A stretch of 64,000 nucleotides of DNA from a virus. Numbering within the stretch: the stretch's first letter is position 1; every line of letters starts with the position of its first letter. A program made the translations under genes and the position numbers. A model generated the notes under the pieces. That model made no database searches, was not told the origin of the DNA, and worked only from the letters and a program-made list of their open reading frames with translations. The stretch lies in IMG/VR virus record IMGVR_UViG_3300001688_000312; one strand, written 5' to 3'. This document shows, one piece after another, positions 32,701-43,400 of this stretch.

Positions 32701-33835
32701 TGGAACTTACTGGATTGGTTTATGGACTAATCATCCATCCGCATCTGCTGTAACGTATACTACCGTGCCAGATACTACACAATTTATGTTTATTGATTAT
32801 ACCTTATTCCCCAATTTCCCAACAACAATGACTTCGTCAACTACTGATAATAGAGATAGACTACATAGTGTTTATGCTACGTTTGAAAACTGCGTGACAA
32901 GTGCAGGTTCATTAAGTGAATATGCACAGATTTATCCGTTTAGTTTTCCATCTGACGAGTTTTCAGTTGCGTTTTGGGTTAAAACTGCTGATACCAGAAG
33001 TGGTAGTACCATTGTTTCTTATGCCGTTTCTTTAAATAGTAACGAAATACTATTTATTGCTCCAACATCTCTTAACGTGTATATAGGTGGAGCTAGTAGA
33101 AATACAGGTGTAAATTTAACTGATAATGTATGGCATCATGTGGTTGTGTCATGGTCTAAACATGACGGAATATTAAATATGTATAAAGACGGCGTTTTAG
33201 TTTATACTAGTACACCGTTTGAAGCTGGACGTAACATAAGAGGTGACGGTTCATTAGTTTTGTTCCAAGAACAAGATAGTGTCGGCGGCGGATTTAGTTC
33301 AGTACAAACATTTATTGGCAGTTTAAGTGACTTTTACGTATTTAACCGTGTAGTTTCACCGAAAGAAGTGTACACATTATATAGTCAAGGTTATTGTAGT
33401 AGAGAATTAACTAAAACTGTTAAAACGTTAAATTCAGAATTATATGGTAATAGTGATAATGTTCCAATTAAAAAAACTAAAAGTTATCAAACTGACAAAA
33501 ACGGATTATCAGATGTATTAAGTAAGGACGTTAAGGTTTACAAAAATGATTTAGTTGGGTTAACAGATAAAGTAATTAAGAAGCCTAAAAAATGTTTAGA
33601 TGAAAACGTTGATTTAACGGATAGAACAAATAAGAAAAATAAGAATATCTTTTCTGAAAATGTTGGTTTAAGTGATAAAATTCCAGTTAAAAAAACTAAA
33701 AGTTATAAGTCTAATATGATAGGAACATTAGATAAAGTAACTAAACAAACTAAACTAATTAAAAAAGACAATATAGAAGTCGATGATAAAGTAACTAAAC
33801 AAACTAAACTAATTAAAAAGTCGATGATAAAGTAA
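26771..33835 (+). CDS. giant fibre/adhesin part 1: DUF2341-like N-terminus, TQY(Y/K)LTV beta-repeats, carbohydrate-binding and LamG/pentraxin-like domains
   Basis: W.Y.K...I...FSDIRF...YIYYGN...DDF motifs; repeated TQYxLTV..GWY units; WHHVV...Y.DG...QEQD. Confidence 0.8.
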   Translation: MTVYLSDWNYYKTLTITGSTAGAQSNYVIPIRVYFGSGTDGTDLSFSMHNLMKMYCNGKCKTDFSDIRFALDDGTLLDYACVEYFNSNLATFYIKVDSIPASPNTKSIYIYYGNDNALYIGSLKNTFYKADDFESETLDSNTWTWVNEPTSPSSYSQSNGKFTINSVNTFTELWNNTYTAPQLLTPISESNYEIVTKVRNTGLVSYNSCGILISRDGTNNWVDIIIQWHLMNQRTTAANITLNGVSSSIYASPIYDVDTRNLAIQKVGTTYYVYAKNVDDINYYYCGGAIGDFSPNYAGLYLKSTQVTAHSFSGIWDWIYIRKFVNPEPTLDSWGTEQEIDRVIVASGTDCSISPSGNVTVSIGNNQTFTITPPSVINGYMDDIVIDSVGVNSYLIREGFEGGNFGSWSTYGVGTKVVETVNPHTEIYNAKFITSGNTQQAAISKTISSSSIINSRFFVKINSLILRSQSNNYVDIAVISGSSSQDNATIRLVYDDDSRKTYWALHTSINGVGSQTILGTSEVSTGTWYMVEFVRDTTNGEAHLWINNTLEISDYRSLPNNNTTVNFGICYQSGTGGVELFIDDIIVNTSRIYGVVINNTLTSATFYNINKNHTINAIAALYNYEITVSSPYGNPQGGGTYERETNASISVTSPVSGGTGIRYVCTGYSIDNGGSGQQYTGTSYQFTNIQAHHTIYYYWKTQYYLTVSSTHGTTSGAGWHDDGSTAYAGVNAGTVSGGTGIQYVFSSWSGDASGSNYNQSNSITMNAPKTATANWTTQYYLTVNVNGHSSQTGQGWYNNNSTAYAGVANQTVTSGTTRWVFTSWSGDASGTSYNQSNAITMNAPKTATANWTTQYKLTVTGGYSSTSGYNNNTWVNSGSTITSTSNKVWNTVTGQSRSNITHYNIDGGTNTTVTRSNSGTATTSPITMNSAHTVNWIGVTQYYLTVTGGNSISFGSSSPTSDQWYDSGSSTTVSSNGVYNRSSGTGQRISSWKLDSGSNNNVSTTGTVTTSSITMNTYHTITFNSTTQYQVTLDSNASSGLNSITNPTISGDSYWYDTNVSVTLSLKGVWNRTTNGIRLLGYVINGGANNPVSTTGIITVLNAVAMTQAKNVTTTTTTQYKLTVTGGNGVTYSTSPSISGDVGWYDSGSSTTVSSNGIWNRSGGSGQRVTSYKIDSGSNINVATTGTVTTSSITMNATHTVTFNSTTQYQVTLDTGLTNGLSSLTSPTISNDNYWYDSGTSITVTINGVYGRTSTSGTRITAYKINGGSDNGVSTVGTFKPLNAVSINGVRTLTCTTVTQYKLTVTGGNGVTYGTGSSISGDTGWYNSGTTTTVSSNWVYNNVTNQSRTVLTNYQIDGTNQNPTRQYSGTLTSSSITMSAAHTVTFVSTTQYYIQITSSGIGEDSSGTVATLAGTANTQAQLPYGSWRDTGSSISYSFSSPVSAGSTKRYVWSSISGLSQTLQSNTFTVSTYGIITGTYITQYSVVSSAGSNATISPSGTIWITSGNNQTFTIGANSGYYISQLLIDGSPDTLTTSYTFSNVTSAHTININVTAYGTNLLADPSFDLSTGTYYWSYYNGLTTGGRTGTYRAYVTGVDSWGGRQIINQRINNITPSTTYSLDGWVCGAQNGGEIQLYIREYNSSNTQLTEHGGKIPCTTNWKHWIKTWNTNANTSYIRVQAYCYDSYPSTKTFYVDDVKLYTGAITYTVTATAGTGGSISPSGVVNVNYGTGSQTFTSTPNTDYVRKNMVKDGSNQGNVSSVTFNSVYVEGNHTVEAYFVGRFVQNITEKLGNIDNEPVKKPKLCKLDLVGRIDSEPTKKSKVYKTDILSGYNQTPVKNVKLIKNESLGLFESDPSMLMHVPFNEEEGNISYDISGNENHFTTYNLNRNPIGVFGNEVVGGSKACSRTYIYASNRTVLTSPVIVTKLTVYSGQEQQLALCIYKENTPSSFSLVVQSLPQACLADNWETFIIPRTRLEAGTYWIGLWTNHPSASAVTYTTVPDTTQFMFIDYTLFPNFPTTMTSSTTDNRDRLHSVYATFENCVTSAGSLSEYAQIYPFSFPSDEFSVAFWVKTADTRSGSTIVSYAVSLNSNEILFIAPTSLNVYIGGASRNTGVNLTDNVWHHVVVSWSKHDGILNMYKDGVLVYTSTPFEAGRNIRGDGSLVLFQEQDSVGGGFSSVQTFIGSLSDFYVFNRVVSPKEVYTLYSQGYCSRELTKTVKTLNSELYGNSDNVPIKKTKSYQTDKNGLSDVLSKDVKVYKNDLVGLTDKVIKKPKKCLDENVDLTDRTNKKNKNIFSENVGLSDKIPVKKTKSYKSNMIGTLDKVTKQTKLIKKDNIEVDDKVTKQTKLIKKSMIK

Positions 33836-33891
33836 CTAAACAAACTAAAGCTTACGTAACTGAAGTATTAAATGTTGATGATACTCAATAT

Positions 33892-36579
33892 GTGGAGTTG
33901 CCCGATTGTGTACTTTCTGTTCATATGGATGAAGGAACAGGAAATAAAATATATGATAGTAGCGGATATGGTAATGATGGCACTATAGTTAATGCTACAT
34001 GGGTAGACGGTAAATTTGGAAAAGGATTAATGTTTGGAGCAAGTAAATATGTTAATATTCTACATTCCGAAAGTTTAAATATTAATGGTTCTATTACGGT
34101 TGCTTTATGGTGTAAAAAAACTGAAGTGTGGAGTGATAGATATCGAGTTTTATGCGGTAAAACTGATTATAATCCTTGGGGTCTTATAACTGAACCTAAT
34201 AGCGGTAATCCTTGGAACTTTAATGTTTGGAAAAATGGTGTACGTAATCGAATTAACGGACCATCATTGCCATTAGATGAATGGACTTTTATCACTGGAA
34301 CATATAATGCCGATACAGGCGTTTTTTCTGTTTACCATAATGGAATATTATATGATTCACGTAATATTGGCGTTGGAAGTATAGATACAAGCACTAATAA
34401 TGTACGTATAAGTACCAGTGGTAGTACTGGAGCATTTTTAGGAGATATTGACGAAGTACATATATATAACCGTGCGTTAACTGATAACGAAATAAAATTA
34501 TTATATGAAGGACAACAATATGTACTCAAAAACATTAAAACCTTTAGTAATGAATCGTTAAGTTATAAACCGACTAGTGTTGACGGTAACGGTTTAATTC
34601 TTTATGTACCATTTGTTGAAGGTGACGGTAACACATTACGTGATTATTCGTCTTATAGTGCTGTCGGTACAGCTATTAATTTAGAGTGGAATAACGATTT
34701 AATATTAGATTTACGGCTAAATGAAATTAGCGGCTTAAATGCTTATGATAGTAGTGGATATGGCAATGACGGGGTTATTTCAGGTACTACGTGGGTTGAC
34801 GGTACATCTGGTAAAGCTTTATTATTTAATGAGATGAATGACCAATTAACAGTTAATAATTCAGACACGTTGAATCCCACTAAACAGTTAAGTATTGCCA
34901 CCAATATAACTCCAACTACAGTTAACCAACCTGTAGCTTTAATAATTGAACATAATACCGAATCGGTTAGTACTTATACTAGTTGGCTTACTACTTTAGG
35001 CTTTAATGTTATAGTTGATACTACTGTTACGTCAGTTCAAGAAGTTGCCGCTTATAATCCGTCTTTAATTGTTGGATTGAAATGGTGTTGGGGAATAACT
35101 AATACCACATTATTTAACCAATTATATGAAGCTGGATATAATATATTTACTAACGGTAACGACACAGTTGCAGGAATTACTCCTATTAACACGGTAACTT
35201 GGACTAATGTTGCTTCTGGAACTATAGTTGCCGTCTGTAATCATCCTCTTACTGAAAACTGGACAAGTAATACTTCAGGCTCTGACGGCAGACAAGGTAT
35301 AACTTCTATTCATGTTAATGCTATTGCTATCGCTAAAGATTCAGTTAATAACTATATAGAAGCCGTTTATCTTGAAGAAACTAACAAAGGAAGATGGTAT
35401 CATTATCAACCATCAACATATATGAATAGTAATGTATTTAATAATACTATCATATATTTAACTCGTCATAATATAATATCTAAAGGATTAACATATAATG
35501 TTTATATACGTAACAACTCCGACACATTATATGCTTACATAAATAACAGAAAAGTAACTGGTACGTTAACATTAAATGTACCAAACCATGTAGTATTATC
35601 GTATGATAATAATGTACAAAAATTATATATCAATAATGAACTTGTAAATTCAAACATGTATACTGAAGACATAACTACTGACGATAAAAATGTTATTGTC
35701 GGTAAAGAATATTATGGAATAATAGATGATGTTAAAGTATTCAAACGAGCCTTAATACCTTATGAAATCACCAAACTATTTAACTTGAATGAATACTATA
35801 ACGGATTAACTCCATACGGAGAATTTAACGGTGCATCATACGTAACATTTGAACATGCAGAACAATATGACGTAAACGAGTTAACTATTGCAACATGGAT
35901 AAAAACACCTTCAACCATTAATACTGGTTATCATTGTGTATTATCTAAACATGATGGTAGTCCTGAAACAAGAGATTATAACTTTTATATATGGTCAGCT
36001 ACAACTTCAACAATTGACAAGTTACATTTCTCTTCAGCCATATTCGGTAATAGTGTAGCTACACTTCCAGCTTCATTTAATGTAAACGAATGGCATCATA
36101 TTGCAGTAACAGTTTCATCAACTGGTTACATCACATATTACGCTGACGGCGTACCTTTCTATACAGTTCAAGGTACTGCTGGTAATGCTAACCATGAATA
36201 TCCTATATGGATAGGTAGAGGCGATAATTATTATAAGGGTGGAATCAAACATCTCTACATATTTAACCGTGCGTTAACAAGTACCGAAATACTTTCACTT
36301 ATAACAACTGAAGAAGGTTTAGTAAAGAAAGTTAAAAACATTACCGCAGAAGTATTAGACGAAAAAGATTCATTAACTAAAAAAATAGAAGCATACAAGT
36401 TAGATAAATTAGGCAGATTAGATTCAACTATTAAGAAAACAAAAACTTGTTTAACAGATAAAATAGGTAAAGATGACAAGACACCAATTAAAAAGGTAAA
36501 AGCCAACAAATCCGATAACATTAACTTAACTGATGATGCTGTTAAAAACGTTAAAGCTGTTCAATATGAACCCAACTGA
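33892..36579 (+). CDS. giant fibre/adhesin part 2 (LamG modules); frame open upstream to ~33820
   Basis: DEG.G...D.SGYGN.G...IDEV.IYNRAL repeats; no RBS before GTG. Confidence 0.75.
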   Translation: MELPDCVLSVHMDEGTGNKIYDSSGYGNDGTIVNATWVDGKFGKGLMFGASKYVNILHSESLNINGSITVALWCKKTEVWSDRYRVLCGKTDYNPWGLITEPNSGNPWNFNVWKNGVRNRINGPSLPLDEWTFITGTYNADTGVFSVYHNGILYDSRNIGVGSIDTSTNNVRISTSGSTGAFLGDIDEVHIYNRALTDNEIKLLYEGQQYVLKNIKTFSNESLSYKPTSVDGNGLILYVPFVEGDGNTLRDYSSYSAVGTAINLEWNNDLILDLRLNEISGLNAYDSSGYGNDGVISGTTWVDGTSGKALLFNEMNDQLTVNNSDTLNPTKQLSIATNITPTTVNQPVALIIEHNTESVSTYTSWLTTLGFNVIVDTTVTSVQEVAAYNPSLIVGLKWCWGITNTTLFNQLYEAGYNIFTNGNDTVAGITPINTVTWTNVASGTIVAVCNHPLTENWTSNTSGSDGRQGITSIHVNAIAIAKDSVNNYIEAVYLEETNKGRWYHYQPSTYMNSNVFNNTIIYLTRHNIISKGLTYNVYIRNNSDTLYAYINNRKVTGTLTLNVPNHVVLSYDNNVQKLYINNELVNSNMYTEDITTDDKNVIVGKEYYGIIDDVKVFKRALIPYEITKLFNLNEYYNGLTPYGEFNGASYVTFEHAEQYDVNELTIATWIKTPSTINTGYHCVLSKHDGSPETRDYNFYIWSATTSTIDKLHFSSAIFGNSVATLPASFNVNEWHHIAVTVSSTGYITYYADGVPFYTVQGTAGNANHEYPIWIGRGDNYYKGGIKHLYIFNRALTSTEILSLITTEEGLVKKVKNITAEVLDEKDSLTKKIEAYKLDKLGRLDSTIKKTKTCLTDKIGKDDKTPIKKVKANKSDNINLTDDAVKNVKAVQYEPN

Positions 36580-37357
36580 TGGGCTTAAATTATATTTACC
36601 GTTTAATGAAGAAGAAGGAAATGTTGCATATGATTTAAGTGGTAACAGTAACCATATGTCACTTTATGGTGGTGTAACTTGGGAACTTGCCGATAACCGT
36701 TACTGTGTATCATGTGACGGTATTGACGATTATGGTAGAGCTACAAATCTTAATTTATTGGGTGAAAACGAAATAATGACTACTGCTTGGGTGTATGTTA
36801 GCTCTGCGCAAGAAGTGGTTGGTTGGAAGAAATCGTTAACTTACGGTAGAACAAAACCTGCACCTGCATATTGGTGTGCTATGTATATTGGTTCAGGACA
36901 ATCAGCTACAACTATTTCATCATTTACTATGAATGTAGCATTTTGGCATTCAGGCGATAATGCTGGCGGCAGCGTTGGTCACGGTGGATTACCAGTTAAC
37001 CGTTGGGTACATATCGCTTGGGGTTTTGACAAAACGTTAAAAATCGCTAAGTTTTATGTAGATGGCGTTTTGGTTAGAACTACTGATATATCTTCATATA
37101 TTGACGGTGGATATAACACTTGTTTAGATGAATCACCAAGTAGTGGATTACATATTGGTGAAGGTATTGGTGGAGAACGGTTAGTTAGTAAATTTGCTCA
37201 CATTGCAGTTTATAACCGTCTTCTTGACGATGAAGAAGTATACAAGTTATACACATCGAGTAGTCCGATAATTAATACTAAAACCTACCAATCTGACGTT
37301 TTAGGTAATAAAGATTATGCTCCAATTAAAAAAAAATTGGTTTATTTGATGATGTAA
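36533..37357 (+). CDS. giant fibre/adhesin part 3 (one LamG module)
   Basis: LYLPFNEEEG...DLSGN...YNR.L. Confidence 0.7.
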   Translation: MMLLKTLKLFNMNPTDGLKLYLPFNEEEGNVAYDLSGNSNHMSLYGGVTWELADNRYCVSCDGIDDYGRATNLNLLGENEIMTTAWVYVSSAQEVVGWKKSLTYGRTKPAPAYWCAMYIGSGQSATTISSFTMNVAFWHSGDNAGGSVGHGGLPVNRWVHIAWGFDKTLKIAKFYVDGVLVRTTDISSYIDGGYNTCLDESPSSGLHIGEGIGGERLVSKFAHIAVYNRLLDDEEVYKLYTSSSPIINTKTYQSDVLGNKDYAPIKKKLVYLMM

Positions 37358-37431
37358 CTAAGAAGCCTAAAAAGTTAGTTACTGACTTATATAACTTTAC
37401 TGATAACAAAATCATTCAAATACCTAATATT

Positions 37432-40400
37432 GTGGCTTACTGGAAATTTGATGAAACCACTGGAACTACATTAACTGATTATAGTGGTAATGACAATGAT
37501 GGTACGTTACAAGGTACAAGTTTACCGATTTGGACAAACGGATTGTATAACGGGGCATTACAGTTTAACGGTTCGTCAAGTAACGTTAAAGTTCCGCATA
37601 GTGACAGTTTATACTTTGATGATGAATTAACTATTTCTGGTTGGTTCTATCCTAATAAGTTAACTGAACAAGTTATTATATGTAAAGATAAAGATGGTGG
37701 AATTAAAGATTTTGATGTTTGTATACGTAACGGCAAGGTTTGTATATATTACGAATCTACTGGTAGTGACCAATGGATACATTCAAATTATGTAGTTAAA
37801 CTTAATACTTGGACTCATTTCGTTATAGTATTTGATTCGTTGTCTGCTGGAAGAATGTATATTAATGGAGTCTTGGACTGTACATGGGATACTACTGGAA
37901 TACAAAACAGGGCAGTTACCACTGAACCTATATATATTGGCATGAGAGGTACAACCTATTTAAGTCACCATTTTGAAGGGTTAATCGATGAGTTAGTACT
38001 ATTTAATAGGGCATTAACTGAAGATGAAGCTAGTATTTTAGTTCAAGGACCACATGCGTTAGTTAAAACAGTTAAGTCTTATAAAACAGATATGTTAGGG
38101 GAAACTGATAAGTTACCAGTTAATTCTATTAAAACATATAAGTCTGATATTACCGCTACTGAAGATTTTACACCTATCAAGAAACCTAAATCTGTACAAA
38201 TTGATAAGTACGGAACGAAAGATTATTCTCCAATAAAGAAGTCTAAACATACATTTAATGAATTACGTGATTTAACTGATAAAGTTATTAAGAAGCCTAA
38301 AAAGACATTAAATGATATATTATGGTATAAGCCAACTAATCAAAATACAAATAATGGTTTGGTTCTCTATCTACCATTGAATGAAGGTAATAATACTACA
38401 TTATATGATTATTCATCTTATGGAAGAACAGGGTTTACTAGTGGAACGTGGGTAAATGATGCTAAATTAATATTACATTTAGATGAAGGAATTGGAACTA
38501 TCGTTTATGATAGTAGTAATAACACTAATGAAAATACAACAAATGCAGTTTGGGTAGATGGAATATATGGTAAAGCATTACAATTTAATGGAACTGACAC
38601 AGTTATATATATTGATGATAACGTAAATAGATATGATGAACAAACAGTTATACTTTGGGTTAAGCCAGATAATCAAATATTTACTGAACCTCATGGATTA
38701 CATAAAGATATTATACGTAAAGGTGATGAGTGGGGAATATCAACTGATACTAATTTTAATACAAATAGACGAATCGTGGTTCAGACCAAATACATAAATG
38801 GTGTATCAAAATGGTTTAGTCCAATTAAGCCCTTATTAATGGATGAATGGAATTTTATTTGTGCAACGTGGAATTCAAAAATTGGATTATTAACAGTTCG
38901 TATTAATGATAATTCAACTGAACAGTTTATTATAGGAACCACTGGTATAAATTTCACTGATAGCGGCATTTTAAAATTAGGACATGGATGTGCAGGATAT
39001 TTTAATGGAGTCATTGATGAAGTAAAAATATTTAGCCGAATATTATCTTCATATGAAATTGATAATTTATATGTTCAAGGAGCCGAATATAATGGATTGA
39101 CATTATATCATGACTATAATGGTATGGATAATGCTTCCTCTATAATATTAAATCCTAATCCGTTTACTGAAGACGCTTTAACTTATGTGGCATGGGTTAA
39201 ATTTAAATCTACTGATAATATTTATGCGAGTTCTTATTTCGCAATAAATTATGATGGTGATACAGGAGATGAAATAAATACTGATAAAGGATTATCTAGA
39301 CGTGCAAGGGTTGGTATTGATGAAGTCGGGTATATTGTAGATAATATAACTCTTCCTACTGGATTTAGTGGAAATTTCGGACTTACAATAGATTCGCAGA
39401 TTAATGATAATTCGGCTGTTGGTAGAGCATGGACGTTAGAAGTTTATGAAAATGATGTATTATGGAAAACTTTTTATGTAAATTGTAATACATTCATTAA
39501 TAACGTATGGAGATGGTCAGAAAGTACATATTGGATAGCTGACCCAACAAAAACATATACGGTTAAAATAAAATGGGAAGGAAACACAGACGTAATAATT
39601 AGGGTAACTAGTATATTAAGTAGACGAGGTAGTATTGGATATAATAATTGTCATTTAAGATTAGAAAAAAGTAACGCAACCAGAATTAATGCAGGATTAT
39701 ATTCACAAAAACGTGATGGCACATGGTCACATACTGTATTTAATAAGACATTACCAATTTTAGATGACCAGTGGCACATGATAGCTGTCAGTTTCGGTAA
39801 TGGAGAAAAGAAATTATATTTAGATGGAGTATATTTAACTGAAGAAACTGGATGTGGTGACCTTATATCTCCTTCATCTATAACATTTTATTTAAGTAGT
39901 ATATGGGGTAGAATGTACGGTGGATTAAAGAATGTAATGGCGTTTAATCGAAAATTATCCGATGGTGAAATATCTTCATTATATGCGAATGAAATCGGAT
40001 TATTTAAAAATGTAACTAATGTTACATCTGAAATACTTAATTTAAAACATAATTCTTATACATATCCAGATTCCTGTGTTGCGGCATACCATTTTGATGA
40101 AAACAACGGTAATATTGCATATAATGACGTTGATAGTTCATCTAATAATTGCACATTAACAAATCCAACGTGGACTGAAGGTAAATTTAATTCATGTATC
40201 ACCTCTATGGAAGGTAAATATGGCTTAATAGATGATGGTAATGGTAAATTATCACCTGTTACAGAAATGAGTATTTCAGTATGGGTTAACCCGTCATCTT
40301 TAGGGCAGACCGCTACAGGTTCACATATGATAGTTTCAAAATTAAATTGGGATGGTAGTATTGGATATTTCTTACGTATGGGTTCAGGTACAGGTACAGC

Positions 40401-43400
40401 ACCAACGTTTTATGTTGGTGACGGAACCATATGGCGTAGTGTTAGTTCATCTAGTGGTTTAAGTACAAATACATGGTATCATATAGTAGCTACTGTTAAA
40501 TCTAATGGAAACATACGTGTATACGTAAATGGTGTATTAAAAGGTTCTAATCAATATTTAGGTGACCATATAGAACATACTGATGGAAATATACATTTAG
40601 GTTGGGAAGGTTATGGTTCTACATTCTTTAACGGGTTAATTGACGAGTTACAATTTTATGATAGAGAACTTTCACCTGAAGAAATCTTAACGTTATATAA
40701 CGCTCAATATGATAATATACCATTAACTAAAAACATCAAGTCACATAAAGTTGAATTGTCAGAAATAAAAGATATAATTATAAAGAAAACTAAATCGTAT
40801 AAAGAAGATTTCGTTGGAACCAAAGATTTTGTTGTAAAACAGTCAAAGAAGTTAAGCCGTGACATAATTGGTGCAAAAGACAACATATTAAATAAAGCCA
40901 AATCTATAAGACCGATAGAAAAATTAGAACAAGCAGACACTAGCATATTTACTAGAGCATTCCACAAAACGGTACATGAATTATACGGATTGATTGAAGA
41001 TGACATCGTTAAACACATAAAATCATTTAAGCCTGAAAAATTCGGCTTATTTGATACGGCAATATCTAAAGCCAGAGGGTTCCATAAAACGGTAGAGGAA
41101 CTTATTGGGTTTAAAGACAAATCTACAAAGAAAACAAAAACGTATAAAGAAACTGACTTATTTGGAACTAAAGATTTAATTAACAAGAAACCTAAAAAGT
41201 TACTACGGGATATATCATCAAGTATAGATAATTTAGTTAAGAAAATAAAAGACGTAAATATTGAACCTGTCGGTTTATCTGACGCTCAATATTCGCCTGT
41301 AATGGAAGGTTGTGTAAGTAGATGGCACTTTGATGAAAATACTGGCGTAACGGTGTTTGATGATGTTGGTAACAATAACGGTACATTGGTTGGTGACCCG
41401 TTACCAACTTGGAGTGACGGAGTAATCGGTAACTGTTTAACCTTTAACGGTAACCAACATGTGGATTGCGGCAACGATACAAGTTTAACTCTTCCAGACG
41501 GCATTACCATTTCAGCTTGGATAAAAATAGAGGCTGTTGGCGGAATTTACACGGTTATCGCTAAATCAGGAGAAGTTTATTCTCAAACTGAATATTGGAT
41601 AGACATTCGAGACAATAACAACTCAATATACTTCGGTGGATACGATGTAAATGGAAATAATGCATATATATCTAGAACATATGCATTCCAAACTGGTTTA
41701 TGGTACCATATTATAGCTTTAGATGACTTAAATAACTTAAAATTATATGTTAACGGTATACAGATTGGTTCAGCTACAAGACATACTAGAATGTCAAACT
41801 CCAAATGGCATACTACTATCGGTTCAAGAAATAATGTTCAAAAATTTGTCGGTAACATTGATGAAGTACAAGTATATAATAGAGGATTAACCCCTGCTGA
41901 AATAACTTATTTACATAACATCCAATGTGTTGCAACTAAATCAGTTAAATTTAATCAATCCGACAAGACAGGATTACTTGAACGGTCAGCAAAAAACATT
42001 AAATCAAACGTTATTGACAAAATAGGTTTAGTTGAAACGTTTAGTCACAAATTATTTTTCTCTGTAAAAGTAATTATTAATGAAATCATGGGTTATGTTG
42101 ATTCAAGCAATAAATCTATATATGCAATAAAAGAAGACTTGGTTGGTTTTAAAGACAACGTTAATAAATCAACTAAACTGTTATATAATGAAATAATAGG
42201 TAACATAGATAAAATAGTTAAGAAACCTAAATCTGTACAAATTGATAAGTACGGAAATATAGAAGGTACATTAAAGAAAAACGTTAAATCATACAAAATT
42301 GAGTTATCTGGATTAAAAGATAGAATAAACAAAAACATCAAAACACACATAGATGAATCTCAACTACAAATAGATATAGTACATAAAAACGTTAAGTCTA
42401 TAATAACTGAATTAAATGATTATGTAGTTAAGTTTAGTAGGAAAATGAAGTTTATACGAAAAGAAACTGTCGAATTTAAAGACTCAACCAAAAAATTCGT
42501 CACTTTCGTACCAATCGAAATATTATCTATAAAAGATGATATAATTAAAAATGTTAAATCTTACAAAACTGATATTTATGGATTAAAAGATAGAGTGAAT
42601 AAACAGGTAAAAACGTTTAGTTTCGAAAAATTTGCCAATACCGACTTTACTCCAACTAAAACTATAAAATCTGTTATTCCTGAAAAATTAGCGTATACTG
42701 ATAACGTAATAAAAACAGTTAAGTCAATAAAAATTAATAATATTGGATTAAAAGACGTTTCTCAAAAAACAATATTAACTTTCAGGATAGAAATGAATGG
42801 ACACGTAGACAAAACATTAAAATCGATATCTATTAACATAAAAGATACAAATGGATATGTTGATAAAATAATAAAGAAAACTAAAAGTGTGGTACCAGTA
42901 GAAGCAACTGAATTCATAGGTTATGTTAAGAAGTCCGCCGTTAAAATATCAATTGAAGTTAAAGAATGGTTCGATGAATTACCGATACGCAAAGACATTA
43001 AATTATACAAAAATGAAACATTAAACATAAAAGACGTAACTAATAAACATATCAAACATACATTACAGGATATGTATACTATAAAAGATAACGTTATAAA
43101 GAATATTAAATCGGTATCAATTAATAAAATAGGGATGTCTGAAATCATACGTAAATCTACATCAAAAGTAACATTTGAAATAGTAAATATTAAAGATAGC
43201 ATTGCCAAAAACATTAAGCTCATAAAAGTTGAACCTTTAGGTTACGGGGTATTAATTAATGTATTACGTAGAAGAAATATTTATATCGAAGGAGCTATGT
43301 TTAGTACTTTAGCTTTAAATGGTAAAAAATTGTATGCTAACTTAGTAGGTAAACGGTTAGCTAATAAATCGTTAATTGGTAGAAAAGAAGAGGAAGATTA

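Noticed and set aside
38179..42256. Diversity-generating retroelement TR/VR pair
   Set aside because: The ~37 bp repeat is an exact internal duplication without adenine-specific differences, and no reverse transcriptase is present.
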